Source of the DNA: Candidatus Kuenenbacteria bacterium HGW-Kuenenbacteria-1
GTDB lineage: Bacteria > Patescibacteriota > Patescibacteriia > UBA2591 > PGYQ01
Length of the DNA stretch: 64,000 nt
Assembly (NCBI GenBank): GCA_002839745.1
Contig: PGYQ01000001.1
Location: 80,775-144,774 of the forward strand
Direction: 5' to 3'
Below are positions 18,385 to 28,031 of this stretch, one piece after another. The notes below the pieces were generated by a model that did not search any database, was not told where the DNA came from, and saw only the letters and a program-made list of their open reading frames with translations. Both the position numbers and the translations under genes were made by a program. Position 1 is the stretch's first letter. Each line of letters opens with the position of its first letter.

Positions 18385-21384
18385 ATGGAAAAATCATTTT
18401 TCTCAAAAATGGAAGAAGAAATTTTAATTTTTTGGAAAGAAAATAATGTTTTCAAAAAATCTATTGAACAAAGAGATATAAAAAAGTCTTATGTTTTTTA
18501 TGATGGCCCACCATTTGCTACAGGCACTCCGCATTATGGGCATATTGTTGGTAGCGTTATGAAAGACATTATCCCTAGATATTGGACAATGAAAGGTTAT
18601 CGCGTTGAAAGAAAATGGGGATGGGATTGTCATGGTCTACCAATTGAAAATATTGCCGAAAAAGAATTGGGTTTTAAAACAAAAAAAGAAATTAAAGAAT
18701 TAGGAGTGGAAAAATTTAATGAAATTTGTCATTCAAAAGTTTTGAGTTATGTTAAAGAATGGGAAAAAGTAATTGAACGATTGGGTCGTTGGGCAGATAT
18801 GGATAATGCTTATAAAACTATGGATTTGGATTTTATGGAATCTGTTTGGTGGGTTTTTAAACAATTATGGGATAAAGGTTTAATTTATGAAGGCTATCGT
18901 TCTATGGCTATTTGTCCTCGTTGTGAAACAACTTTATCACAACAAGAAATCGCTGAGGGATATAAAATAATTAAAGATTTATCAGCAACAGTAAAATTTG
19001 AATTAGAAGATGAGCCAAAAACTTTTGTTTTAGCTTGGACAACAACGCCATGGACATTAATTGGAAATGTCGCATTGGCAATTGGAGAAAATATTGATTA
19101 TGTAAAAATAAGTTTAAAGTTGAAAGCTTGTGAAGAGCTTGCTGAATCCATTAAAATACAAAAATTAGGAGAATATTTTATCTTAGCCAAAGATAGATTA
19201 ATTGAAAATTTTAAAAATCAAGAATATGAAATTATTAGTGAATTTAAAGGATCAGAATTAATTGGCAAAAAATATAAACCTGTTTTTGATTATTATTTTA
19301 AAAATGAAAATTTAGAAAATAAAAAAAATGGTTGGAAAATATATTCCGGTGATTTCGTAACAATTGAAGAGGGGACTGGTGTTGTTCATATTGCGCCGGC
19401 TTTTGGTGAAGATGATATGAATTTAGGTAAAGAAAATAGTTTACCTTTTATTCAACATGTAAATATGGATGGAACAATTAAGATAGAAGCAAAGAATTTT
19501 GCTGGTATGAATGTCAAACCGATTGGCGATACTCAAAAAACAGATATTGAAATTATAAAATACTTGGCTCATAATGAATCATTGTTTAAAAAAGAAAAAT
19601 ATGAACATAGTTATCCGCATTGTTGGAGATGTGAAACCCCATTAATAAATTATGCGACTACTTCATGGTTTGTGGCTGTAACCAAGGTTAAAGAAAAGGC
19701 AATAAAATTTGCGCAAGAAATAAATTGGTCTCCTTCTCATATTAAAGAAGGTCGTTTTGGCAATTGGCTTTCAGGTAGTCGAGATTGGTCAATTAGCCGT
19801 CAGAGATTTTGGGCATCGGTTATTCCTATTTGGAAATGTTCTTGCGGAGAGATGAAAGTTTTTGGATCTGTAAAAGAATTAGAGGATTTAATAGGGCATA
19901 AAATTACTGATTTACATAAACATACTGTTGATAAAATAACTTTTAAATGTGAAAAATGTGAAAAAGAGATGAAACGAATCCCAGACGTTTTAGATACTTG
20001 GTTTGATTCAGGATCAATGCCATACGCGCAAATGCATTATCCATTTGAAAATAAAGAAAAATTTGAAGCTAATTTTCCAGCAGAGTTTATTGCTGAAGGA
20101 ATTGATCAAACTCGCGCCTGGTTTTATTATTTACATATTATTGGAACAGCAATTAATAATAGCAATGCGTTTAAAAATGTAATTGTTAATGGGATTGTTT
20201 TGGCTGAGGATGGCAAAAAAATGGCAAAGAGATTAAATAATTATTCCGATCCAAAGGAAATTTTTGATAAATATGGAGCAGATGCAATGCGTTTTTATTT
20301 AGCTTCTTCTCCAGTAATGAAAGCAGAAAATTTATCTTTTTCTGAAAAAGGAGTAGATGAAGCAAATAAAAAAATATTAAATACTTTATGGAATGTTTAT
20401 AAATTTTATGAATTGCATTCTAACAATCTAGAAATTAAAAGCTATAATATAAAAACTACTAATGTTTTAGATCAATGGATTTTGGCTAAATTAAATTTAT
20501 TAATAAAAGAAATAACAGTAAATATGGATGCTTATAAAATTATTAATAGTTGTCAATTTTTTGAAACTTTTATTAGTGAATTATCAACTTGGTATATTCG
20601 TAGAAGTCGCGAACGATTTAAATTAATAGATGAAAATAATTTTAAACCATTAATTGTTTTACATTATATTTTATTAACATTATCAAAATTAATGGCGCCA
20701 TTCACTCCATTTATTGCTGAAAAAATTTACCAAAATTTAAAAACCTATAACCTACAACCTACAGCCTACAATTTATCAATACATTTATGCGATTGGCCTC
20801 AATTAGATGAAGAAAAAATTGATCAAGAATTGATTAAACAAATGGATTTGGTTCGACAAATTTGTGAATTAGGACATAGTTTACGCTCAGAAGCTGGCAT
20901 TAAAGTACGACAAACACTAGGAAAATTTTCAATTTTCATCTGCCAGCTGGCGGATCAATTTTTAATTAATGAAGATTGTTTAAATTTAATCAAAGAAGAA
21001 TTAAATGTAAAAAATATAGAAATAGTGGGAGAATTACCAAAGGGAGAAAATTGGAAAACAAGAGAAGAAAATAAAATTCAAATGGCTTTGAATATAGAAA
21101 TAACGCCTGAATTAAAACAAGAGGGAATTTTTAGAGAAATTATCCGTCAGATCAATGTTTTGCGCAAAGAGAAGGGTTTAACAATTAAGGATAAAATTGA
21201 TTTATATGTTTATTTAGAGATAGGGGAGACAAAAGAGGTTTTTGAAAAATTTAAAGAAAAAATAGAAATAGCAACATTATGTAATCAATTATTATTTATT
21301 GAGCATAAAAAAGAAGGGGTTGATTTTGAAAAAGAAATTAAGATTGAAAATCAAGTAGTTTGGACAGGAATAAAAAAATATTAA
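18385..21384 (+). CDS. ileS: Isoleucine--tRNA ligase (type 2-like)
   Basis: DGPPFATGTPHYGH, WGWDCHGLP, AWTTTPWTL, DWSISRQRFW, EGIDQTRAWF, KMAKR. Confidence 0.96.
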   Translation: MEKSFFSKMEEEILIFWKENNVFKKSIEQRDIKKSYVFYDGPPFATGTPHYGHIVGSVMKDIIPRYWTMKGYRVERKWGWDCHGLPIENIAEKELGFKTKKEIKELGVEKFNEICHSKVLSYVKEWEKVIERLGRWADMDNAYKTMDLDFMESVWWVFKQLWDKGLIYEGYRSMAICPRCETTLSQQEIAEGYKIIKDLSATVKFELEDEPKTFVLAWTTTPWTLIGNVALAIGENIDYVKISLKLKACEELAESIKIQKLGEYFILAKDRLIENFKNQEYEIISEFKGSELIGKKYKPVFDYYFKNENLENKKNGWKIYSGDFVTIEEGTGVVHIAPAFGEDDMNLGKENSLPFIQHVNMDGTIKIEAKNFAGMNVKPIGDTQKTDIEIIKYLAHNESLFKKEKYEHSYPHCWRCETPLINYATTSWFVAVTKVKEKAIKFAQEINWSPSHIKEGRFGNWLSGSRDWSISRQRFWASVIPIWKCSCGEMKVFGSVKELEDLIGHKITDLHKHTVDKITFKCEKCEKEMKRIPDVLDTWFDSGSMPYAQMHYPFENKEKFEANFPAEFIAEGIDQTRAWFYYLHIIGTAINNSNAFKNVIVNGIVLAEDGKKMAKRLNNYSDPKEIFDKYGADAMRFYLASSPVMKAENLSFSEKGVDEANKKILNTLWNVYKFYELHSNNLEIKSYNIKTTNVLDQWILAKLNLLIKEITVNMDAYKIINSCQFFETFISELSTWYIRRSRERFKLIDENNFKPLIVLHYILLTLSKLMAPFTPFIAEKIYQNLKTYNLQPTAYNLSIHLCDWPQLDEEKIDQELIKQMDLVRQICELGHSLRSEAGIKVRQTLGKFSIFICQLADQFLINEDCLNLIKEELNVKNIEIVGELPKGENWKTREENKIQMALNIEITPELKQEGIFREIIRQINVLRKEKGLTIKDKIDLYVYLEIGETKEVFEKFKEKIEIATLCNQLLFIEHKKEGVDFEKEIKIENQVVWTGIKKY

Positions 21385-21417
21385 AATTTAAATTTTTATT
21401 GTTTAATATATTTTTAT

Positions 21418-22119
21418 ATGAAAAAAAATATTTTTTTTATATTAATTATTGTGCTATTATGTTTTATAATAGGTGGCTATTTTTTATGGCAAATATTTAT
21501 TAAAAACAATCAACATGTTTTTCCTTCTGATTTTGTGAAAGAAAAAATTAGGGAAAATAATGAAATGATAGATAAAAAAATAGAGGATAATAAAATTTTA
21601 AATAATAACAAAGAAAATATTTCTTTAATAAAAAATATGCAACATATAATAACAATCAAAACTAATATGGGTGAAATTCGTTTTATGACTTATGACGCGG
21701 ATGCGCCCAAAACTGTTAATAATTTTATAACTCTTACTCAAAAAGGATTTTATGATGGAACAATTTTTCATCGAGTGATTGATGGGTTTATGATTCAAGG
21801 TGGAGATCCAGAGGGTACTGGAATGGGTGGTCCGGGATATACCTTTGAAGACGAATTAAATTCTCAAACTGATTCTTATAAGGAGGGTTATAAAAAAGGA
21901 GTAGTTGCTATGGCTAATGCAGGACCAAATACAAATGGTAGCCAATTTTTTATTATGACCGATGATTATCCTTTACCAAATAATTATACAATTTTTGGAA
22001 AAGTAATTTCTGGACAGGAAGTCGTTGATAAAATTGTTAAAACAAAAGTTGGTCAAAATGATCGTCCAATTTCTCCTATAATAATGGAAAAAGTGTCTGT
22101 ATTAGAATTTAAAAATTAA
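21418..22119 (+). CDS. Cyclophilin-type peptidyl-prolyl isomerase with N-terminal membrane anchor
   Basis: [39 protein letters not shown]. Confidence 0.93.
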   Translation: MKKNIFFILIIVLLCFIIGGYFLWQIFIKNNQHVFPSDFVKEKIRENNEMIDKKIEDNKILNNNKENISLIKNMQHIITIKTNMGEIRFMTYDADAPKTVNNFITLTQKGFYDGTIFHRVIDGFMIQGGDPEGTGMGGPGYTFEDELNSQTDSYKEGYKKGVVAMANAGPNTNGSQFFIMTDDYPLPNNYTIFGKVISGQEVVDKIVKTKVGQNDRPISPIIMEKVSVLEFKN

Positions 22120-22129
22120 TTTTAATTTT

Positions 22130-23386
22130 ATGTCTATTTTAAAAAAAATTGATTCTGAAATTGCTGAGGCGATTGAAGGGGAACTTAATAGACAAAGAAA
22201 TGGTCTTGTAATGATTCCATCAGAAAATCATGCTTCAGAAGCTGTGCTTATGGCTATGGGGACTCCTGTTTCTAATAAATATGCCGAGGGTTATCCATAT
22301 AAACGTTATTACACTGGTAATGAATTTATAGATAAAATTGAAAATTTAGCTATTGAACGGGCAAAAAAACTTTTTAATGCTGAACATGCTAATGTTCAGC
22401 CCAATGCTGGTTCTGGCGCTAATATGGCAATTTATCTTGCTATGCTCAAATATGGCGATAAAATTATGGGATTAAAACTTGATCAAGGTGGTCATTTAAC
22501 TCATGGGCATCCTGTAAATTTTTCCGGTCAACTTTATAATTTTGTTCAATATGGTGTTAATAAAGAAACTGAATTAATTGACATGGACGAAGTGCGTAAA
22601 ATTGCTTTAAAAGAAAAACCAAAAATGATCGTAACTGGCGCTACGGCTTATCCTAGAATTTTTGATTTTAAAGCATTTAAAGAAATTTGCGATGAAGTCG
22701 GGGCTTTGCTTTTAGCTGATATTTCTCATTTTGTTGGTCTTTGTATCTCAGGAGATCATCCAGAACCATTTCCTTATGCTGATTTTGTGATGACCACTAC
22801 TCATAAAACCTTACGTGGTCCAAGAAGCGCTATCATTCTTTCTAAAGAACAACACGCCAAAGCAATTGATAAAGCTATTTTTCCTGGCACTCAAGGCGGA
22901 CCAATGGAACATATCATTGCTGCCAAGGCAGTTTGTTTTAAAGAAGCTTTAGACCCAGAGTTTAAAAAATATGCTCATCAAATAATGCTTAATGCTAAGG
23001 CATTAGCCAAAGTTTTATTAGATGAAGGATTGCGACTTGTTTCCGGAGGTACTGACAATCATTTAATATTAATTGATTGTCGTTCGCTTAAAATTACTGG
23101 CAGACAAGGTTCGGAAGCGTTGGAAGAATGTGGAATTTATACTAATAGAAATACCATTCCATATGATGATAAAGGCACAGCTTTTGAGCCAAACGGTATT
23201 CGCTTAGGTACTCCTGCCCTAACAACTCGTGGCATGAAAGAAGAAGAAATGAAATTAATTGGTGAAATGATTGTAAATATTATTAAAAATATTGGAGATG
23301 AAAATATTAAAAAAAATGTTAAATTTAAAATTAAAGAATTAACAGAAAAATATCCATTATATAAAGGTTTGAGTTATGTAAAATAA
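22130..23386 (+). CDS. glyA: Serine hydroxymethyltransferase
   Basis: [41 protein letters not shown]. Confidence 0.97.
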   Translation: MSILKKIDSEIAEAIEGELNRQRNGLVMIPSENHASEAVLMAMGTPVSNKYAEGYPYKRYYTGNEFIDKIENLAIERAKKLFNAEHANVQPNAGSGANMAIYLAMLKYGDKIMGLKLDQGGHLTHGHPVNFSGQLYNFVQYGVNKETELIDMDEVRKIALKEKPKMIVTGATAYPRIFDFKAFKEICDEVGALLLADISHFVGLCISGDHPEPFPYADFVMTTTHKTLRGPRSAIILSKEQHAKAIDKAIFPGTQGGPMEHIIAAKAVCFKEALDPEFKKYAHQIMLNAKALAKVLLDEGLRLVSGGTDNHLILIDCRSLKITGRQGSEALEECGIYTNRNTIPYDDKGTAFEPNGIRLGTPALTTRGMKEEEMKLIGEMIVNIIKNIGDENIKKNVKFKIKELTEKYPLYKGLSYVK

Positions 23387-23406
23387 AAAAAGTTTATTTT
23401 TTTCTA

Positions 23407-23479
23407 AGCCCCTTGTTGGAATTGAACCAGCAACCTACGGTTTACGATACCGTTGCTCTACCAATTGAGCTAAAGGGGC
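23407..23479 (-). tRNA. tRNA-Thr (CGT)
   Basis: GCCCCTTTAGCTCAATTGGTAGAGC...ACGGT-ATCGTAA-ACCGT...GCTGGTTCAATTCCAAC-AAGGGGCT; one T-stem mismatch. Confidence 0.85.
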
Positions 23480-23484
23480 AATAA

Positions 23485-23559
23485 TGGAGCAGGTGAAGGG
23501 ATTCGAACCCTCGATCTCTTCCTTGGGAAGGAAACATGTTACCGCTACACCACACCTGC
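23485..23559 (-). tRNA. tRNA-Gly (CCC)
   Basis: GCAGGTG...TTTCC-TTCCCAA-GGAAG...GGGTTCGAATCCC-TTCACCTGC-TCCA; CCA encoded. Confidence 0.92.
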
Positions 23560-23572
23560 GGAAATTTTAAAA

Positions 23573-23690
23573 TAGTAATTAGTAACAAACAATCCGTAAC
23601 GAGTAAACAGATAAAAGATTATTTTTAAATTTAATGTTTAGTATTAATATAAAAATATTACCCGTTACTTATTACTGATTACGTGTTACT
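23573..23690. repeat. Pair of inverted AGTAA-type heptamer arrays
   Basis: agtaattagtaac...gtaacgagtaa (23574-23605) faces ttacccgttacttattactgattacgtgttact (23658-23690). Confidence 0.6.
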
Positions 23691-23704
23691 TTATTAAGTA
23701 TAAA

Positions 23705-24409
23705 ATGTTTTTTATAAAAAAACAATTTAATGAACAATATAAAAATATTATTTCTTTAGGAGTTTTTAGTTTTTGCTTTTTTGCAGGATTTGGTTTATTG
23801 TTTTATTCTTTTTTTATTATTTATCCTATAGAACAAATTTCTGATACAGAAGACCAAAATATTATAGATGTTAGCGCAGATATAAATATTGTATCAAAAC
23901 CATTTGATCTTAGTAAAGTTAAAATAAATGTTAATACAGAAATAGAATTTCAAAAAATAAAAAATGCAGAGAATAAAGAAGCAGAAAGAATTAAAGAAAT
24001 AGAAAAAATAAAGCAAGAAAAAATCAAAGAAGCAGAAAGAATTAAAGAAATAGAAAAAATAAAGCAAGAAAAAATCAAAGAAGCAGAAAGAATTAAAGAA
24101 ATAGAAAAAATAAAACAAAAAAAAATTAATGAGACAAAAAAAGCAAAAGAAACAGAGATTGGTATGGCTAGTTGGTATTGTCCAAGATGGTGTAATAAAT
24201 TGACTGCGGCTCATCCAAAATATCCCAAAGGAACCAAATTAAAAGTAACTAATTTAAAAAATAAAAAATCAGTAATTGTTATTGTAAATGATTTTGGACC
24301 GATTAAAGCTATACATCCTAATAGAATAATTGATTTAACAAAAACAGCTTTTCAAAAAATTGCTAGTATTAAAGCAGGAAAAATAAAGGTTATGGTAGAA
24401 AAATTATAA
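23705..24409 (+). CDS. RlpA-like (double-psi beta-barrel) protein with TM anchor and coiled-coil repeat stalk
   Basis: GMASWY, TAAHP..PKGTKLKVTN, VNDFGP, RIIDL. Confidence 0.82.
   Translation: MFFIKKQFNEQYKNIISLGVFSFCFFAGFGLLFYSFFIIYPIEQISDTEDQNIIDVSADINIVSKPFDLSKVKINVNTEIEFQKIKNAENKEAERIKEIEKIKQEKIKEAERIKEIEKIKQEKIKEAERIKEIEKIKQKKINETKKAKETEIGMASWYCPRWCNKLTAAHPKYPKGTKLKVTNLKNKKSVIVIVNDFGPIKAIHPNRIIDLTKTAFQKIASIKAGKIKVMVEKL
23975..24127 (+). repeat. 3 x 51-bp coding tandem repeat (KEAERIKEIEKIKQEKI)
   Basis: Two identical copies and one near-identical copy. Confidence 0.95.
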
Positions 24410-24503
24410 AAAAATATACAAAGGTTCAACCCTCACTTTTATAAAAATTTGATTTTTAATTAAAATTTGTTAATCTTAAAAAATTAATAATAAACTATTT
24501 TTT

Positions 24504-27179
24504 ATGCTTTTCTTTCTAAATCCTAATAAAAAAATATTAAAAAAACTGCAACCGATTGTTGATCAAATTAATGCGCTAGAACCAACATTTGAAAAATTTT
24601 CTGATCAAGAATTGCACGAACAAACCAAAAAATTTCAACAAGAAATAAAAGAACAAAAAAAATCTTTGGATGATATTTTGCCAGAAGCTTTTGCTGTTGT
24701 TAGAGAAGCAGCAAAAAGAGTAATAAAACAAAGACATTTTGATGTTCAGCTTTTGGGTGGGATTATTCTTCATCAAGGAAAAATTGCTGAAATGAAAACA
24801 GGAGAAGGAAAAACCTTGGTTGCTACTTTGCCAGCTTATCTCAATGCCTTAGAGGGTAGGGGAGTGCATATTATTACTGTTAATGATTATTTAACTCAAA
24901 GAGATGCTTTATGGATGGGAAGAATTTTTAATTTTTTAGGCTTAAGTATTGGATGTATTCAACATGAAAAAGCCTTAAAATTTTTTTCTGAAAAAGAAAA
25001 TAATTTATTACAAGATCTACAAACTATAAACTACAAACTGCAAACTGATTTAATTCCTGTTTCTAGAAAAGAAGCGTATGCTTGCGATATTCTTTATGGA
25101 ACAAATAATGAATTTGGTTTTGATTATCTAAAAGATAATATGGTTTATAATTTAAATGAAATGAATCAACGATCATTTAATTATGCAATCATTGATGAAA
25201 TAGACAGTATTTTAATTGATGAAGCAAGAACTCCTTTAATTATTTCCGCGCCTGCTGAAGAATCAGCGGAACAATATAATCAATTTGCTCAATTAATTCG
25301 TCGGCTTAAAGAAAATGAAGATTATAATATTGATGAAAAAATGAAAGCTGCCACTTTAACTGAGGAAGGAATTTCTAAAATGGAAAAATGGTTAGGAATG
25401 CAAAATATTTATACTGAAGGAGGTATTAATTTAGTGCATCATTTAGAGGAAGCATTAAAAGCAGAAACACTTTTTAAGTGTGATAGAGATTATGTAATTA
25501 AAGAAGGAGAAATAATGATTGTGGATGAATTTACTGGACGTTTAATGCCAGGGCGACGTTATTCTGGAGGACTTCATCAAGCTATTGAAGCAAAAGAAGG
25601 AGTTCAGGTTCAAAAAGAAAGCGTTACTTTAGCAACAATTACTTTTCAAAATTATTTTCGTATTTATAAAAAATTAGCTGGAATGACTGGTACAGCAATT
25701 ACTTCTGCGGAAGAATTTTCTAAGGTTTATAATTTAGACGTTGTTGCAGTTCCAACTAATAATTTAATGATCAGAAAAGATTTAGCAGATAAAATTTATA
25801 AAACAGAAGAAGGAAAATATAAAGCCATTGTTGAAAAAATTAAAGAATTACATCAAACCAAACAACCGGTTTTAGTTGGAACAATTTCTATTACAAAAAA
25901 TGAATTATTAGGAGAACTGTTAGATAAAGTTGGAATTCCTTATGAAATTTTAAATGCCAAAAATCATTGGAAAGAAGCGGAAATTATTTCTCAAGCAGGT
26001 AAAAAAGGAGCTGTAACAATTGCCACAAATATGGCTGGACGTGGAGTAGATATCATTTTAGGAGGAAAAAAAACAGAAGAAATTTCAGAAGAAGAATATC
26101 AAAAAACACATAATGAGGTAGTTTCTTTGGGTGGTTTATATATGATTGGCAGTGAAAGACATGAAGCAAGAAGAATTGATAATCAATTAAGAGGACGATC
26201 TGGTCGTCAAGGAGATCCTGGATGTTCTCAATTTTTTATTTCCATGGAAGATGATTTAATGAGAATTTTTGGTTCAGTTAAAATGAAAGAAATAATGACT
26301 CATCTAGGTTTGCCTGATGATATGCCAATTGAAAATAAAATGATTTCTCATTCTATTGAAGCTGCTCAAAATAAAATTGAAGGATATAATTTTGACGTAA
26401 GAAAACATTTACTTGAATATGATGATGTTATTAATAAGCATCGTGAAACTATTTACAAAAAAAGACGTGAAGCGTTAGAACCATCTAAAAATTTAAAAGA
26501 GATAGTTTTAGAAATGATAGAAAAAGAAATCGAACAAGTCGTTTCTTTTCATACTTCCTTAGAAGATGAGCGACAATGGGATTTAGAAGAAATTTATGAA
26601 GTGGTTCATACAATTTTTCCTATTTCAAAAGAAGTTAGAATAAAATTAGAAGACATAGAAAGAGAAGCTGGAAATAAAACTCAAGATATATTAGCAAGAA
26701 CAAAAATTATTCAATATTTAGTTAAATTGTCTTTAAAAGAATATGATAAATTAGAAGAAAAAATAAATTTAGCTATTAATAATAATCAAACTTTAATAGA
26801 AAATAATGACTCTATGAGAAAAATTGAAAAAGAAATTATATTACGCAGTATTGATAATTTATGGATTGAACATCTAGAAGCCATTGATTATTTAAAAACA
26901 GGTATTGGTTTACGTGGTTATGGACAAAGAGATCCATTAATTGAATTTAAAAAAGAAGCTTATAGAATGTTTAATGAATTAATAAATATCATTGAAAAAC
27001 AAATTGTTTATAGTATTTATAAAATTGGTTTTGCTGTTGAAATAGCTCCATCAATAATGCAAAAAAATAATAGCAAATTAAATACTTCTTCTAAGATAAT
27101 TTTGAAACAAAAAATTAGCCGAAATGATTTATGTTCTTGTGGTTCAGGAAAAAAATATAAACATTGTTGTGGAAAATAA
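24504..27179 (+). CDS. secA: Preprotein translocase subunit SecA
   Basis: EMKTGEGKT, DEIDSILIDEARTPLIIS, ATNMAGRGVDI, QLRGRSGRQGDPG, C-terminal SEC-C motif CSCGSGKKYKHCCG. Confidence 0.97.
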   Translation: MLFFLNPNKKILKKLQPIVDQINALEPTFEKFSDQELHEQTKKFQQEIKEQKKSLDDILPEAFAVVREAAKRVIKQRHFDVQLLGGIILHQGKIAEMKTGEGKTLVATLPAYLNALEGRGVHIITVNDYLTQRDALWMGRIFNFLGLSIGCIQHEKALKFFSEKENNLLQDLQTINYKLQTDLIPVSRKEAYACDILYGTNNEFGFDYLKDNMVYNLNEMNQRSFNYAIIDEIDSILIDEARTPLIISAPAEESAEQYNQFAQLIRRLKENEDYNIDEKMKAATLTEEGISKMEKWLGMQNIYTEGGINLVHHLEEALKAETLFKCDRDYVIKEGEIMIVDEFTGRLMPGRRYSGGLHQAIEAKEGVQVQKESVTLATITFQNYFRIYKKLAGMTGTAITSAEEFSKVYNLDVVAVPTNNLMIRKDLADKIYKTEEGKYKAIVEKIKELHQTKQPVLVGTISITKNELLGELLDKVGIPYEILNAKNHWKEAEIISQAGKKGAVTIATNMAGRGVDIILGGKKTEEISEEEYQKTHNEVVSLGGLYMIGSERHEARRIDNQLRGRSGRQGDPGCSQFFISMEDDLMRIFGSVKMKEIMTHLGLPDDMPIENKMISHSIEAAQNKIEGYNFDVRKHLLEYDDVINKHRETIYKKRREALEPSKNLKEIVLEMIEKEIEQVVSFHTSLEDERQWDLEEIYEVVHTIFPISKEVRIKLEDIEREAGNKTQDILARTKIIQYLVKLSLKEYDKLEEKINLAINNNQTLIENNDSMRKIEKEIILRSIDNLWIEHLEAIDYLKTGIGLRGYGQRDPLIEFKKEAYRMFNELINIIEKQIVYSIYKIGFAVEIAPSIMQKNNSKLNTSSKIILKQKISRNDLCSCGSGKKYKHCCGK

Positions 27180-27213
27180 TAAAACATTTTACTTAGATAA
27201 TGCAGATGTAGTT

Positions 27214-27768
27214 TTAGTTTTTTCTCGTGGCAAAATATAGTTGCATTTGTACTATTGTTGTGCTGATTTGTATAATAAACATTGAAAAAAATAAAATTTT
27301 AAATCCCCATTGATTAACAATTAACGTTCCAATAAAAGAAGCGACGCTGACTGCCAAAAATGCGCCCCCGCTCTCAAAGCCCCATTGCGATCCCTCTTTC
27401 CCTTTTTGAATATACTTTGCAAATAGGGCAGTTAATGGCGCTGACAGACAAGCTGTCCCTATTGCGAATATGACTTGTAGAAAAAATAATTGCCACGGGC
27501 TTGATATAGTTAAATATAACAAACTACCTAAAGCATACATGCCGTATCCGAAAATTGTAATAAGTTCTTTATTTAGTTTATCAGACATTTTACCGACTAC
27601 CATCATTAAAACACCTGTACAAGCACTAAAAACTGTGACAGTAAAACCAATGTCTAAAATACTGCCACCAATTTTTTCAACAAACACAGCATAAAATGGA
27701 CCAATTAGGTTATCACCAAAATTTGCCATTAAACTAGCGGTTAAAAGTATTTTATATCCTTTTTTCAT
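27214..27768 (-). CDS. Half-size (about 6 TM) MFS-like membrane protein
   Basis: 184 aa, hydrophobic, GKMSDK loop motif. Confidence 0.7.
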   Translation of the reverse strand: MKKGYKILLTASLMANFGDNLIGPFYAVFVEKIGGSILDIGFTVTVFSACTGVLMMVVGKMSDKLNKELITIFGYGMYALGSLLYLTISSPWQLFFLQVIFAIGTACLSAPLTALFAKYIQKGKEGSQWGFESGGAFLAVSVASFIGTLIVNQWGFKILFFSMFIIQISTTIVQMQLYFATRKN

Positions 27769-27967
27769 TTAAGGGGATTTAAATTTAATTTTTATTCCAA
27801 AGAAAAATTAAATTTCGTCTATGGAATTTTAAATTAAAAAATAAAAAATAAATTTAATAAATTTTATGACATAAATTCTAGTAAATTTTTCACTTGTGAG
27901 TTGTTTTATCATTGAGCTATTATGATGCAATAATTAATTAGGATGACTCAAGAAGAGTTATCAAGGG

Positions 27968-27995
27968 TAGTCGCATAAGGTTTATTGTGCGACGC
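27968..27995. other. Candidate dif-like (Xer recombination) site
   Basis: TAGTCGCATAA-GGTTTA-TTGTGCGACGC: 11-6-11 layout, near-palindromic arms, CGCATAA as in the E. coli XerC arm; lies at the +/- gene orientation switch. Confidence 0.6.
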
Positions 27996-28031
27996 GATAT
28001 ATATTTTAAAACCGTATTTCCTTTCCTTTTA

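Noticed and set aside
27190..27218. Degenerate dif/attC site closing a cassette around the small MFS gene
   Set aside because: Only ...GATAA resembles an arm; there is no symmetric partner and no attC core.
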